Assembly: GCA_030141605.1 (NCBI GenBank) | Contig: JAQGDQ010002376.1 | Location: 425,349-489,348 of the forward strand | Origin: Tubiluchus corallicola | Lineage: Eukaryota > Animalia > Priapulida | Reading direction: 5' to 3' | DNA length: 64,000 nt | Part shown: one piece after another, positions 51,901-58,959 of the stretch | How the letters are laid out: each line of letters starts with the position of its first letter | Position numbering within the stretch: the stretch's first letter is position 1 | The notes under the pieces: generated by a model | What the model was told of the DNA's origin: nothing | The model's database searches: none | What the model saw: only the letters and a program-made list of their open reading frames with translations | Position numbers and translations under genes: made by a program

Positions 51901-54900
51901 AATCCTACTGCGCAGCAGTTTGCGCAGTTAGTGTCGCCCTAGTGGCACAGCAGTATGGACTGTTGTTGTCAGGTACGCTATAGCGCAAGCTGTTCGCACA
52001 CCGGTGTGTACTGTAACAGATGAATTGATGAGACCACCAAAGTCAGGCCGGTCGACAGGTGCTCATAAATTGCTCAGCAGTGAGTTGCAAAATCACAAAT
52101 AAAAATATCTTTTTGAATTTCCCAAGGATGCAGCCAGGTAATTATAACAAAATGCTAATTGTAACACAGTTTTGTAACTTTTGTTACAAGTTAAATATTT
52201 TGTTCATTAAGCAAAGACTGCAAGGCCTACATCTGTCTTTGGCGATTTATAGCAGCTGTTATGAGTTGGAGTTGGTTATAAAATCACGTTGAACAAACGG
52301 AGATGCATTTACGACATTACTCCTCTTTTTTATTGTCAGTGAACAAAAAATAACTAAACGAAACATTAGAGCTGTCATCCTAAGCAGCTGACATTACTTC
52401 CACCTAACTACTAACAACTAACTAACAAGGTCAAAACCAAGTAACAGAATTCAGGTGAGAAGCCAACCTGGCGCATAAATTAGAATCGCATAACATCTTA
52501 TATATCATGTGTAGACGTCACTTATATTTAGCCTAATTTTTTTAAGATCCAATTAGGTTTACGTCAAAATAAATGTTCATTAAATACAGTTTGTTTACAT
52601 GTAAAAAATGTACTGGTATAAGCGTACTAATAAAACACCTGTGGCTAAATCCACAGACAAGTCTTGATAAATATTATTTAGTGATAGGCTTAAATTAATT
52701 GATTTTATACAAGCCTGTGTGCTAAGGGCAATCATTTTATATAGTTAAATATATAGGCTCAGCTTCATAGAATCTTTGTATGTAATAATGCATACATCAT
52801 ACATGTATATGAGTGTGTGTGCATGGGTGTATCAAGATGTTACGACGCCCTAGGCTGGTAGTTCAATCCCACTCATCTCTACTACTGTATTTATTATTAA
52901 TGTATGGAGCACCGTATGCAATTACTTGTTGTGTGCATGCGTGCGTGTGCACATTATTTATATAAAACCTACAATATAATATATGTGTAATTATATAGAT
53001 TAATTGCAGGGCACGTAAATGGGTGCAATTTTTAATGTGCCAAATCCGCTACCTCTCATTTGGAGTAAAACAACCAAGAAACAAATGGCAGAACCTTCAA
53101 CAAAAGGAAGAAGGATCTCTCTCTCTCTGTGTGTGTGTGTGTGTGTGTGTGTGTCTGTCTCTCTCTCTCCCTCCCTCCCTCTCTCTGTCTATCTCTCTCT
53201 CTCTCTTCCTCCCTTTCACTGTTTCTCTTTCTTTCCCTCCCTCTCTTTCTCTCTAAGAGAGGGAGGGAGAGAAAAATTAATAAATCAATAAAAATGCATT
53301 ACTTTGCATTACTTATTTACATAGTAGGCAGCCCATCACGCAGTCAGCTAGCCTCTTTCCTCAGGAAGAACAATAAAATTTTACTTCCAAGAAAACTGAA
53401 GAAGTATTTGCAAGTACATAATACAAATTTATTGCTACAATTTTTTCCTTTTCATGAAATGTTTTCAGTTTTTTTTAAACTAATAATTGCTTTTAATTGA
53501 GATATTCTTCTTTTATTAAAAACGCAAAAGTGATTTTGGCTTATCGAAATTGCGCGTATGGCCAACATTATTGGTGAACCTAAGAATATTATTAATGCAG
53601 TCAACGCGCCGCTCAAAATTTTTTAATCATCCGCCGTTCGATGCCGCCAGCGTAGCCGCTAATCGCAAAAACGAAATACGTAACAAAAGGATTTCATCAC
53701 TTCCTCTTTTTACACTTTGACTGGATCAGTCCGTAAAAAAGATTGCTGCTCTTGCCGTAGCATTCGTTGAGTTTGCCAGGATAATTTTGTCCAGACTCCT
53801 AAATGCTGTTAGAGTAAGTCATGTGTGTATTAAAAGTTCTTCGTTAGGTATGAATTGCTTATCTATTAACTTTGGCTTCCTTGAGACTTGTGACAGCGTA
53901 CCTCGTTAGCGATTTCAGGTTAGTAATAGTTGGTTAATAAAGTCACTAACAGGAAACATCAAAACTGCACAGATTTATGAAAAATAAACTATTTTATTAA
54001 AAACAGTAAAGAAGTTTCACAGCAACAGGCACATAGCATGCCATAAAGGAAAAGAATTGTCAGTAAGTGTCAAAGTGCAAAGAATTCCTCATTTGCAAGA
54101 ACAGCGCAATATGTCACAGACAGTTAATGATGCCCCAATACCAACTCCTGAATTCAATTATTTGCATAACACAAACGAAATAGTTTTAGACAAAATTCCT
54201 ATTAAGCAAGAACCCCTAGATTACTCCCTTGTGGAGGATGATACCTCCAGCCCTGTGCATGAAGAAGGTAGTAATGTAGATGATGCTAACTTCTGTATTG
54301 AAGAATGTAACATAGAAGAGTTTTACCTTTCACCATATTTGGGTGAAAGCAACAAAGAGACAGTAGGTGAAGGCTGTTCTGCTATCACCATTAAGAAGGA
54401 AATGTCGCACTTCTTGTAAGTGGCTAATGAAAACTTTTATATTTACAAAATTGTCTGCAAAACTCACTTATACTTATACTGCACAGTGTAGTGTACTATA
54501 TTGCTAATTTTGTTTAATTGTTTGAACCTTGCACCACTTCTTTATTAAAATGTAGCGTAATTTATCCATATTTGTTGCACAAGTTATGGAAGCATGTTAA
54601 GACTATCGTATAACTCATGATAAGCTTTGGGTAAACCTTTGTAAAATGAGTTACTTGCTGCAGATGTTTTGTCACATTTTGAATACAAAGATATTTATGG
54701 TTTCTTGCAGCAAAAATGTAAGTCATGTATCTATAAGATAAAAGTTGCTGGAGCTACATGTACTGCTTTTCGTTTGCTAGCAATTGGGTATTCCCAGCTC
54801 TAGTTCTGCTCAAGTGATATATAACGGGCTTCATGAAGCCAAGTGACCTGAATGATAAAGTCCTTGCTGCTTCAACCTCAGAAAGCATTGATGAGATAGT

Positions 54901-57445
54901 CTCCAAAAATCATCACATTAGTGTATTGTTTTACTCAGTATTAGTAATAGAGTTAGTGTCACTAACACTGTGTGTAATTTCAATATTATGTGTAAATTCA
55001 ATCTGATGTGTTGTCTGTGTAAATCCAAGGTTAGTCGTTATGGTGCATGCACATTTGCTCTTCCAAACTATAAGTATTATTCAAATCACTTTTTTTTTAT
55101 GTTTTACATCTCGTATTGCTTCGATTTCCTAAAGAAAGGTTCATGGATGCGTGTATATTTGTCAGCTAAAGTTGCCTTAAGAGTTGATAAAATATGAATG
55201 AAATTATTGTAGGGTTATGTTATTGCTAGTATGTTAGTACCATTTACTCGATGTGACTTGATATTGTCAAGCATTAGTGCCATTTATTTAATGTGCAAGC
55301 TGCACAAATAGTATTGCTCGTAGATGTACTTAATCAAGTAACCGATTAATCAGATTTAGGCAACATCGAAGGCCCTCTGTAATTTGCTGACTAGATCATT
55401 AGAAAAACAAATAAACAAGAAATTTACAATGCAAACATATCAAGTGAAACTTTAGAGGAATATATTCAAACAAGAGTGAAACTTTTATACATAGAAAGTG
55501 AAGAATGTCTCTTTGTAAGGATACCAAGTGTTGTTGAAAAAAATTAACTGGTTAATTTCCTGGAGGGTGAGTCAGTGACATTTACCAATTGGCACGAACA
55601 TTTTAAATTATTATTTCTAGTTACATAAGTCTTTCCAGCAGGTAAGTGAAATGCTAAGTAATATAGATTAGAAAGTTTATTGTGACATAATTTGACATAA
55701 TTGCCTTTTCTTCCCTTGATTTACGTTTGTGTATGTGACATTATGTAATGGTGACTTCAGAATAGTATTGCCAGAGATTTAAAATGAAAACAAACAAAAG
55801 TTGCTTTTAATGTGAGTACGATATATGTAAAGTAATATAATTTTTAAGGCAATTTTTCTGAAATATTTCTTTGTCATTTCATTAAAAGGGTAGTATCAGC
55901 GAATTATGACATGCAAATCCTCTGGGGAAACAAGACAATTTATATTTATCATATGCATAAATACCCTGTAGCATTTTTATTGTATTGATTAGTTTTCCAA
56001 TTGTTTTACACCCTTAGTGACAGAATAGCCATTGTTTTATTTATAATTCTGTCTGAGGCATGTATAAAGCAGGACAAAGTTATTTGAGTGTATTTTTCTT
56101 CATAGTGTCTGATTGGTAATTGTGTGACATATGAAGTACAGACGATTCATTATTTTTATTTAACAAAAAACAAATGTAACTTGTGGTAGTACAGTACATG
56201 ATTAGAAACATTTTTATTGTTACTGCTGTTATTTTTTATGTTCTGCTAACACTAATACGCAGCGCCAATAAGTTTGGAAGTGCCAACTTTAATATTTCAT
56301 CAGCTTTCGGCAAATAGCTAAAGCCTACAAAAGTGTATTTGCATTGAAGCTTAACCCACTGATGGGAAATTTGGTCTGCTTTCTATACAAATTTTGTAAA
56401 GTTGAAAGTTGATAAAAATTAATTTGCACATAAATGATGTAATAAATTTAGAAATTGGTTCCTGGCTGCAGCTACTTCAGACACCTACTTCACATTCTAA
56501 ATGATTTGTTACTGAGGTGGGTTCATACTTTAGTAAAGCTTTTGGATGTACTGCAAGACTAACAGTATTGACACTAGAGGTGAATTTATTAAAAGACAGT
56601 GGACCAGCTATAACGATTGAATATCTTTTAATTAGGGTTAGGAACTTATGGTTGTTCATACTTAGGTCCACTGTATCGGCCAAGTTTAAAATCTGTTTAG
56701 TTTAAAGCAAAATGTGATTAGGTGTTAAAATAAACTTTCTTACCTGAAAACTTTCTTAGCTACGATTACTTACTGAGATTCTATGCATGTATATGGTAAT
56801 ACTGATACTATAGCTACAGTAGCAGAATTTTAGAGTTAGAAAACATTCACATTAGGATCAGTTTCAACGAAATGATTTAGAAGGCTGTGACAGACAGTTA
56901 TTTAAATGTGCTTGTGTGGTTTTTTCATCTAGCACTATATTGTGCATCCCACAACATAAATCTGTTACAAGGCACTTATAATTGTATTTTGATATAAAGA
57001 GGTAAACACAGATGTCATTTAGACATTCAGACTGTGGAAAATTTTATAGATTTGGATGAATTTAATATAATAACATAAAGAATGTACCACCGAGTCAGAT
57101 AGTCCTCATTAAAATGATAAAGATAATAATCTATCATCTTTATTAGATGTGTTAAGTACAGCCAAACACATCAAAAAAGTTAGATCACCAACAGTTGCAC
57201 AGACATTTTAAATTATTGTTCCGTTTAAATAACTACATAATTACTGAAAAACATTTCATTACTTCTTTATTGTTTTTTACTTTATCTCTTTTGCAAAGAT
57301 TATAAATCGTAACTTTATAACTATCATTCATACCTAAAACTCCAGGATTACAGAAGTCACAAAGTGAATAGAATTCTTGAAGATCATTCTGTATTGGCGT
57401 TCCAGTTAGCACAATCCGTCGGAAAATATTCAGAGATTTTATCAA
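23952..57445 (-). CDS. RAD54B: DNA repair and recombination protein RAD54B (SNF2-family translocase), last 10 exons; 5' exons lie beyond the right edge
   Basis: Exons (minus): 57334-57445 ([30 protein letters not shown]); 51101-51280 (FKKFWENPI...FVLRRTQ); 50635-50739; 49694-49818 ([10 protein letters not shown]); 30073-30231 (SGKLLVL...VVVSNYTE); 29466-29592 (RLDGTTP); 29016-29188 ([45 protein letters not shown]); 27160-27276 ([11 protein letters not shown]); 26500-26700 ([18 protein letters not shown]); 23952-24026 ([15 protein letters not shown]...stop). All GT-AG with consistent phases. LYDIDWNPA and the MxQLxxWxH tail favour RAD54B over RAD54L. Confidence 0.93.
24377..25088. mobile_element. 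Kolobok-like non-autonomous element (TTAA target site) with internal duplications
   Basis: TTAA|AGGAAAACCAG ... CTGATTTTTCCT|TTAA; internal 99-bp direct repeat (24787-24885 / 24891-24989) and a ~30-bp repeat (about 24578 / 24661). Confidence 0.55.
25100..26240. repeat. Unclassified CpG-richer segment, probably a DNA-transposon relic
   Basis: Composition shifts relative to the flanking intron; YY1-type CAAGATGGCGGC at 25865-25876; termini not resolved. Confidence 0.3.
27364..27633. mobile_element. Decayed hAT-like MITE
   Basis: Imperfect TIR CAGAACCATCTC / GAGATGCCTCTG with GGCCC-rich subtermini; TSD not recognisable. Confidence 0.4.
29836..30063. mobile_element. Palindromic PIF/Harbinger-like MITE
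   Basis: TIR TGGCATATTCAGACGTCGAGAC / GTCTCTACGTCTGAACGTGCCA; the arms pair over about 85-95 nt (CGCAACTTCT..CTGAGAGT / ACTCTCAG..AGAAGTTGCG); 3-bp flanks TTA / GTA. Confidence 0.75.
31790..32160 (+). promoter_or_regulatory. Putative promoter and non-coding first exon of the giant zinc-finger gene
   Basis: NRF1 palindrome GCGCATGCGCA (31809-31819), CpG-rich patch, donor CGG|GTAAGA at 32118/32119, YY1-type CCGCCATATTG (about 32145-32155). The ZNF coding exon has an acceptor at 35704/35705 and in-frame stops upstream of its ATG, so an upstream UTR exon is expected. Confidence 0.45.
32377..32595 (+). mobile_element. hAT transposase relic (C-terminal dimerisation domain)
   Basis: [56 protein letters not shown] matches the ERSFSxLKxxKxxLRSTM hAT dimerisation signature; a hAT-like right end follows at about 32940-33502. 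Confidence 0.85.
32961..33484. mobile_element. MITE with GGTTGCCAGA / CAGCAACCCTA termini, apparently inserted into the hAT relic's terminus
   Basis: Inverted termini plus subterminal AAATATGGGACA repeats; removing the insert rejoins TGACACCA-ACCCTAGCGAAGCCCCTG. Confidence 0.45.
33911..34003. repeat. 45-bp tandem duplication
   Basis: TGTGGCACnCCAGnACTCAGCCnTGGCTTATTTAATACC occurs at 33911 and 33956. Confidence 0.8.
35763..47573 (+). CDS. Giant multi-C2H2 zinc-finger protein (3936 aa, about 110 fingers), single coding exon, nested antisense in a RAD54B intron
   Basis: Uninterrupted 11.8-kb ORF. Acidic/Q-rich N-terminus of about 440 aa; about 20 scattered fingers; 77 contiguous CX2CX12HX3H-type fingers (39531-45980) with T/S-D/N-x-K/R-P linkers; 13 more fingers; acidic tail. 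Acceptor TTTTATTCACAG at 35704. Confidence 0.95.
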   Translation: MNAYEMNEELQAAIEQLELEQIDLCGEQAGESSISELVYTNSIKNITSSVTDVGSVQQQQAGSQTRSAVTHATYQQQALSRINEFNVSLELMNTACVDSRDGLCALGTGTAVKDFVTLDEFQALQQNQMKESFSASGLLESLNNNEITNGTPEHLDNNENVFDTLQSEGYIETAIDSLGTLENNDVAVTIGSNALDINLLPFSQQDSDHSLSRQQHTTSQKVEINKQYELDLPIEDVTEQRLASDVTKQMCSDYGIDVKFSVENFTSMPVNNQDNDLNRDIDDSDSDSSDSDSNSDDFDNQDSIQNSVAPLNEKTSDSIINGSVFERNEAKVISGFPISLNSDNVEQLQVECKITNSPVNIEECQKYTIENSCKTILFKTDEQCECLDCGASLSNLLSSQEHLGLMTAVVKLCTCLQEGRKCLHYANEVSTSKLHVSELYSCHMCEITFHRLSALTNHMVMKHNDEDSTDNQSVAANYIQPPASLQKTHKCGICPASFSNVFNLQKHGRVVHSAIPKQYRCTKCTASFQALKNLTLHLRLHENEQQSFESQRIDKIATKTPTAGTDEASKPDQASKPDSIDKIPVNGIKKAGNTDEKSIKCRMCPAAFKHTASLKRHIQITHNKIKMYSCKLCPARFGVKSTVKKHMSDVHGGVPKKYKCQHCTASYRALKNLQRHMKLHIAKLQPVQEKKKNQYLCFLCSTRCSSADVLKEHIKTHSETKEPTADITTTPRKALLKIFKCNVCSVSFHSRLDRDVHLQTAHEKAKSTPEQQNSSLDSSICRVCKNSFNSKALLDQHMKQYKKLYECNACPAMFKVSTNRNKHVNNVHSGALKAFRCDVCGGGFHREYSLQSHMLLHNQAHKEQYKCDKCDFNCNSSEQLKTHIICKHSVTAQSPGIIIMDTPTVSLQKIKVEDSHAEAITIQESADMDFCEDMEHCCDICGKFFMKESELLVHEKVHMALKPYKCGICGLDFCDMSTLDIHQTSHTNKSYEAYTKMVAETSNSSCYVDFQNIGMRELHSSGNENLSNERKVPFGKKRERVYECDTCKKVFKDGGTLKVHKRIHTNERPYICHICQATFRQHHHLVRHVASHSDDKPFSCDVCGKRFKLSEYLTTHKAVHSQAKKFKCGVCGKDFRLYSDLRAHQKVHASKNAKTDGMFDNKLAFDSHDTSHSRLKPHKCPVCKNGFKVVRHMKIHLWSHSKNNMHYCLTCGKKFQSQVGLAVHKRIHIVKKELEEVVNASTNLTQYVTSTSKGKQYQCPVCEVKFAQSTYLSVHLRVHTGEKPYKCEVCNSRFRQRAHLKCHMFTHTDHKPFSCKICAASFKQLSALKKHGLVHTDLKPYKCDSCSAEFAQSTDLLNHIMVHNENRPYTCQTCFATFKTESFFNSHIKVHTHLKPHVCDECGKDFRIAANLTVHKRTHSNEKPYQCQICSKRFKQTGHLKVHLSIHADSKPYKCDSCGASFRQPGNLKSHQTVHTDERPHVCDICQSAFKTFSYLQSHKRIHTDLRPYSCTCGKTFKTPDGLKAHEKTHTDEKPYECRHCHARFKQQPHLKTHLLTHSTHKPYCCDTCDARFKQSSHLKVHMAVHSDVRPFPCHICGAAFKTSTSLSSHKRIHTDLKPYVCDVCNRAFKFSEGLKSHKKTHSADKPFSCDQCGACFKLAGYLKSHMLVHTEIRPYCCSTCGATFKTASYLHNHSKIHTDIRPHICHICGKGFKMSSNLRAHARTHSNEKPYSCDQCSAQFKQIAHLKMHVRTHSDLKPYKCDSCESRFRQSAHLKVHMAVHTESRPFACEICGAAFKTQSSLNSHKKIHTDIKPHSCDVCGKSFKFAVGLKTHRRIHTNERPFSCDTCHASFRQAGNLKSHMAVHTDVRPYACPTCQAAFKTSYYLQNHIRIHTTARPFQCDVCEKSFKFKEGLQSHKKTHTNERPFECDTCHARFKQAAYLRSHMLVHSDERNHFCDICGSAFKTAVYLANHRRIHTDMRPYKCDICYKDFKLPDGLKAHKKTHSDEKPYSCNICGAKFRQTAHVKAHMLTHSDAKPYKCDTCDACFKQSAHLKSHLAVHSEERKYSCDICYSAFKTSTALNSHKRIHTDIKPYICATCGNAFKTPDGLKSHQISHMDERPFECDTCHAKFKQSTNLKYHMVVHSEERNYTCDICDSAFKTMAYLTTHKRIHTELRPYICECGKDFKTPDGLKLHKRTHTGEKPYFCSLCGMRFRQSGHLKCHMQTIHSDSKPFKCDTCDACFKQSANLRSHMAVHSDIRPYPCPICEATFKTSTSLSSHKRIHSDIKPHICDVCEKAFKTSEGLKSHKHSHTDARPFECDTCHAKFKQAGNLKSHMVVHTEERPWTCDVCEASFKTQAYLHSHKRIHTDIRPYICECGKDFKTPDALKLHKRTHSDEKPYACEICHSTFKQLAHVRVHMATHSDLKPYKCDTCSASFKLAAYLKTHMIVHTEERPWICDVCQAAFKTSSYLSSHKKIHTDLRPYICDQCGKDFKLPDALKLHKRTHSNLRPFSCDVCGQKFRQTAHVKAHMLTHSDSKPFKCDTCDACFKQSGNLKSHMTVHSDVRAYCCPICGTAFKTTTSLNSHKRVHSDIKPHICSTCGKAFKTREGLKSHKYTHTDERPFACDTCSMSFKQSSNLKSHMIVHTDVRPHVCDICQAAFKTVSYLTSHKRIHTDLRPYNCEICGKDFKLPDGLKLHKRIHTNEKPFSCDTCQAAFKQSAHLKVHMTVHTDERNHICDICESAFKTASYLAIHKKTHSDVRPHICDICGKGFKFTDGLKAHKKTHTSEKPYQCEICFRRFRQGGHLKIHLLTHSDSKPFKCDTCDACFKQSGHLKVHMSVHSDERPFPCAVCGAAFKTSTSLSTHKRIHTDLRPYSCDLCDKAFKFSTGLRAHKKTHTGEKPYSCKICGARFRQIGHVKVHMTTHSDLKPYSCDTCNASFKLASYLRSHMVVHSEERKWTCDVCQASFKTNTYLNSHKKIHTDLRPHICDICSKDFKLPEALRLHKRTHTDIRPYSCELCNAKFRQTGHLKCHMQTRHSDLKPFKCDTCSACFKQPANLRTHMLVHTDERPHQCQICGAAFKTTTALNSHKQVHSDVRPFICARCGKSFKTRNGLKSHKITHTDSKPFECDTCSACFRQSAHLKVHMTVHSDYRGYPCTVCGAAFKTGTSLKSHSRIHTDIKPFICDVCNRAFKSKDGLKHHKITHSNERPFACLQCSAKFKQATYLKNHQLVHSDVKPFQCQVCSAAFKLPAYLRSHMMIHGDLKPYQCQICNKQFRHWSTLKIHTRTHTNERPYECETCHKMFSQNGHLKLHMMIHSGEKPYSCTVCNRRFRQHRHLLTHKVKHVTDRPYQCNSCQSAFKTHTSLQSHKRIHTGEKPYECTTCCTSFRQLSHLRRHQQCHRNPASRLKPFKCTSCPKAFRKATHLRAHEIVHTDSKPFKCPICDAEFRHGRSRKTHMKCHQPTLMHQCDVCLQSFSEEEELRSHSESHVQESAYTCEQCGEKFKRASLLSAHTALHEREKLSADGYIEFDRPYPCSQCSAQYESKQGLAKHMLVRHATLEDLRCNLCHNTFTSLQLLREHMRTHKEKEHMCNVCNNTYTSKHLLRIHMKIHKHTSKEHVCNVCGKVFKNASSLCHHREIHVEGRPHVCTKCNASFKTKKTLWAHSRIHTREKVFSCNKCGEKFSVKEQLLQHKQSAHSVGKTKKCSTASKNYDCEQCAASFKFLTLLKQHKEAHKTAICDKTQLVKGTASKPRKTHKCPECNKLFTHSWNLKNHLYSHRAKPVYKCNLCPSTFSREAHLVRHIACHKGKELSVSVKVQRIPHLQEQRNMSQTVNDAPIPTPEFNYLHNTNEIVLDKIPIKQEPLDYSLVEDDTSSPVHEEGSNVDDANFCIEECNIEEFYLSPYLGESNKETVGEGCSAITIKKEMSHFL
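48805..48900. repeat. (CT)n(TA)n compound microsatellite
   Basis: Read directly. Confidence 0.9.
51887..53500 (+). mobile_element. Decayed THAP-domain (P-element/THAP9-like) transposon relic
   Basis: Exon-like piece 52059-52137 reads CSAVSC...(frameshift) FPKDAA(R) before a GT donor. Acceptor 53009/53010 continues RARKWVQ, then (frameshift) IFNVPNP...KGRR. These are the THAP CxxxxC, FP, W and (AVPT)IF-box motifs with the middle deleted. A CTCF-like GTCGCCCTAGTGG lies near 51933. No right TIR was found. Confidence 0.5.
53116..53254. repeat. (CT)n(GT)n(CT/CCT)n compound microsatellite
   Basis: Read directly. Confidence 0.9.
54027..55331 (+). pseudogene. Near-identical duplicate of 47181-48484 (C-terminal coding tail and 3' UTR of the giant ZNF gene)
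   Basis: Identity runs from AGGCACATAGCATGCC to TAGATGTACTT. Only one substitution and one 1-nt T-run indel were seen (near 55086-55098). Tail ORF 54057-54419 is intact but starts at TTG; the first ATG is at 54111. Confidence 0.9.
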
Positions 57446-58959
57446 CTATAACAAAATCAAAACAAACATTAATTATAAAGTAAGAACTAAATCTAGATTT
57501 AATCATTTGAGGTGTATGTTCTAGACACATGTATGTTAAAAAGACCAAACGATATTACCAACAATGGTATGAGTTACCTACAAATGAGTACAGTAAAGTA
57601 GTTACAACAGAAGGCTTTCAGAATGAGTGTGAATACATTTAATCTAAAATTTAAGTAACTCCCTAATATTGCCCACAATCATAAATTGGGTAAGTTAGGT
57701 AGCCATTATTAAATGCACTATTGATAATTTTTGTGATTACAGAATATCTGATAATGTGGTTAGGTCAGATAGTTAGACAACTTTAGTTAGATAATGGAAA
57801 AGAGGAGGCCAGACTTATGTACAGAATTTATAAACACCATATAAGAATGTATAAGAAACCGTACTATGTCTGTTCAATATTAAAATGTTGCCTATTGTAA
57901 CATATGGCATTGAGAGTCTTTGGGATGACATGTCATCTGCAATTTTTTTAAACTGGACTCGATTAAAGGAAGGTTTTTGAAGTGTTTTGGGTCTGCTAGG
58001 TAACTTTCTTGCTAGGTAATACAGCATTGAAATTTGTAAATACTTATCCCAGACTTGAGAATTCTGCAAATATTTAGAAAATGTCCAAGATAAGGTAAAT
58101 TCAATAGAGCTGCATTCTACAATACACCAACAGTGACACAGAATGAATGGTAAGAACCCAAGACGCAGAACCGACTTGCCCTGATAAGACATGCAATTCA
58201 TGGATTCCACCAAAAAATCTGCCCCAAACCAGTGCTTTGATCAAAAACAAACCTGCATGTCTAAGCTTCGTATCTCAAAAGTTGGTAGATATCATCTCTT
58301 GGCATGTACAGCAAATACTATTTCCTTATACCAGTGGGTACGCAGCTAATAAATTCTAGGCCTGTTATTCTTACCAATTAGATTTTTAAACAATTTTCTT
58401 TTAATGTATAGGAGTTAGTTAAACTATTTTAGACTAACTTATGCAGTTTTATATTGTGTGCATTTTAAATTACCATATCTGGTGCAATAAATATTCTTTT
58501 TAGAATGTATAAGAATAGATCCTTCACTAACCAAGTTAGATATCATGAATACTGAGCATGAAATGCTGTAGTTATGGAATTTCCATGAATGTTCAGGACT
58601 TTATGCTCAGAACGTCGTGGAATAAGAAACAAAAGAGGACATATTAACCTTTGAAATTAAATCTTTTTATCAACAGTTAAATTCAAAAAGAGGATGGGTT
58701 TAAAGACACTGAGTAAATTAACTGAACCAGGATTCGAACCCAGATCTTGTGGTAATATACACACAGATAAGGACAGTTTATAAATAATAATAACCATTTA
58801 AAAGTGGCAGCGGTGCAGCTGTGGCATAGCTAGAGCTTGTGGCACCTTGGGTGACACTTAAAATTACCCCTCCCCCATGAAAATGTTATAGTTTTGTAAA
58901 ATTCAGCAGTGTTACCTCACAGTTGCGATAATATGCGGACATAAATTGATAAATAATGA

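Noticed and set aside
48771-53500. ORFs with YIYI, CVCV or LSLS runs (48771, 48884, 53023, 53129)
   Set aside because: They are translations of microsatellites.
54027-55331. Processed retrocopy or independent 120-aa gene
   Set aside because: No poly(A) tail or evident TSD, it ends mid-UTR, and the ORF-track start is TTG; it is better explained as a DNA-level partial copy.
58720-58750. tRNA gene (GGTTCGAATCC B-box on the minus strand; similar word near 52858)
   Set aside because: No A-box or cloverleaf could be built; at most a decayed SINE head.
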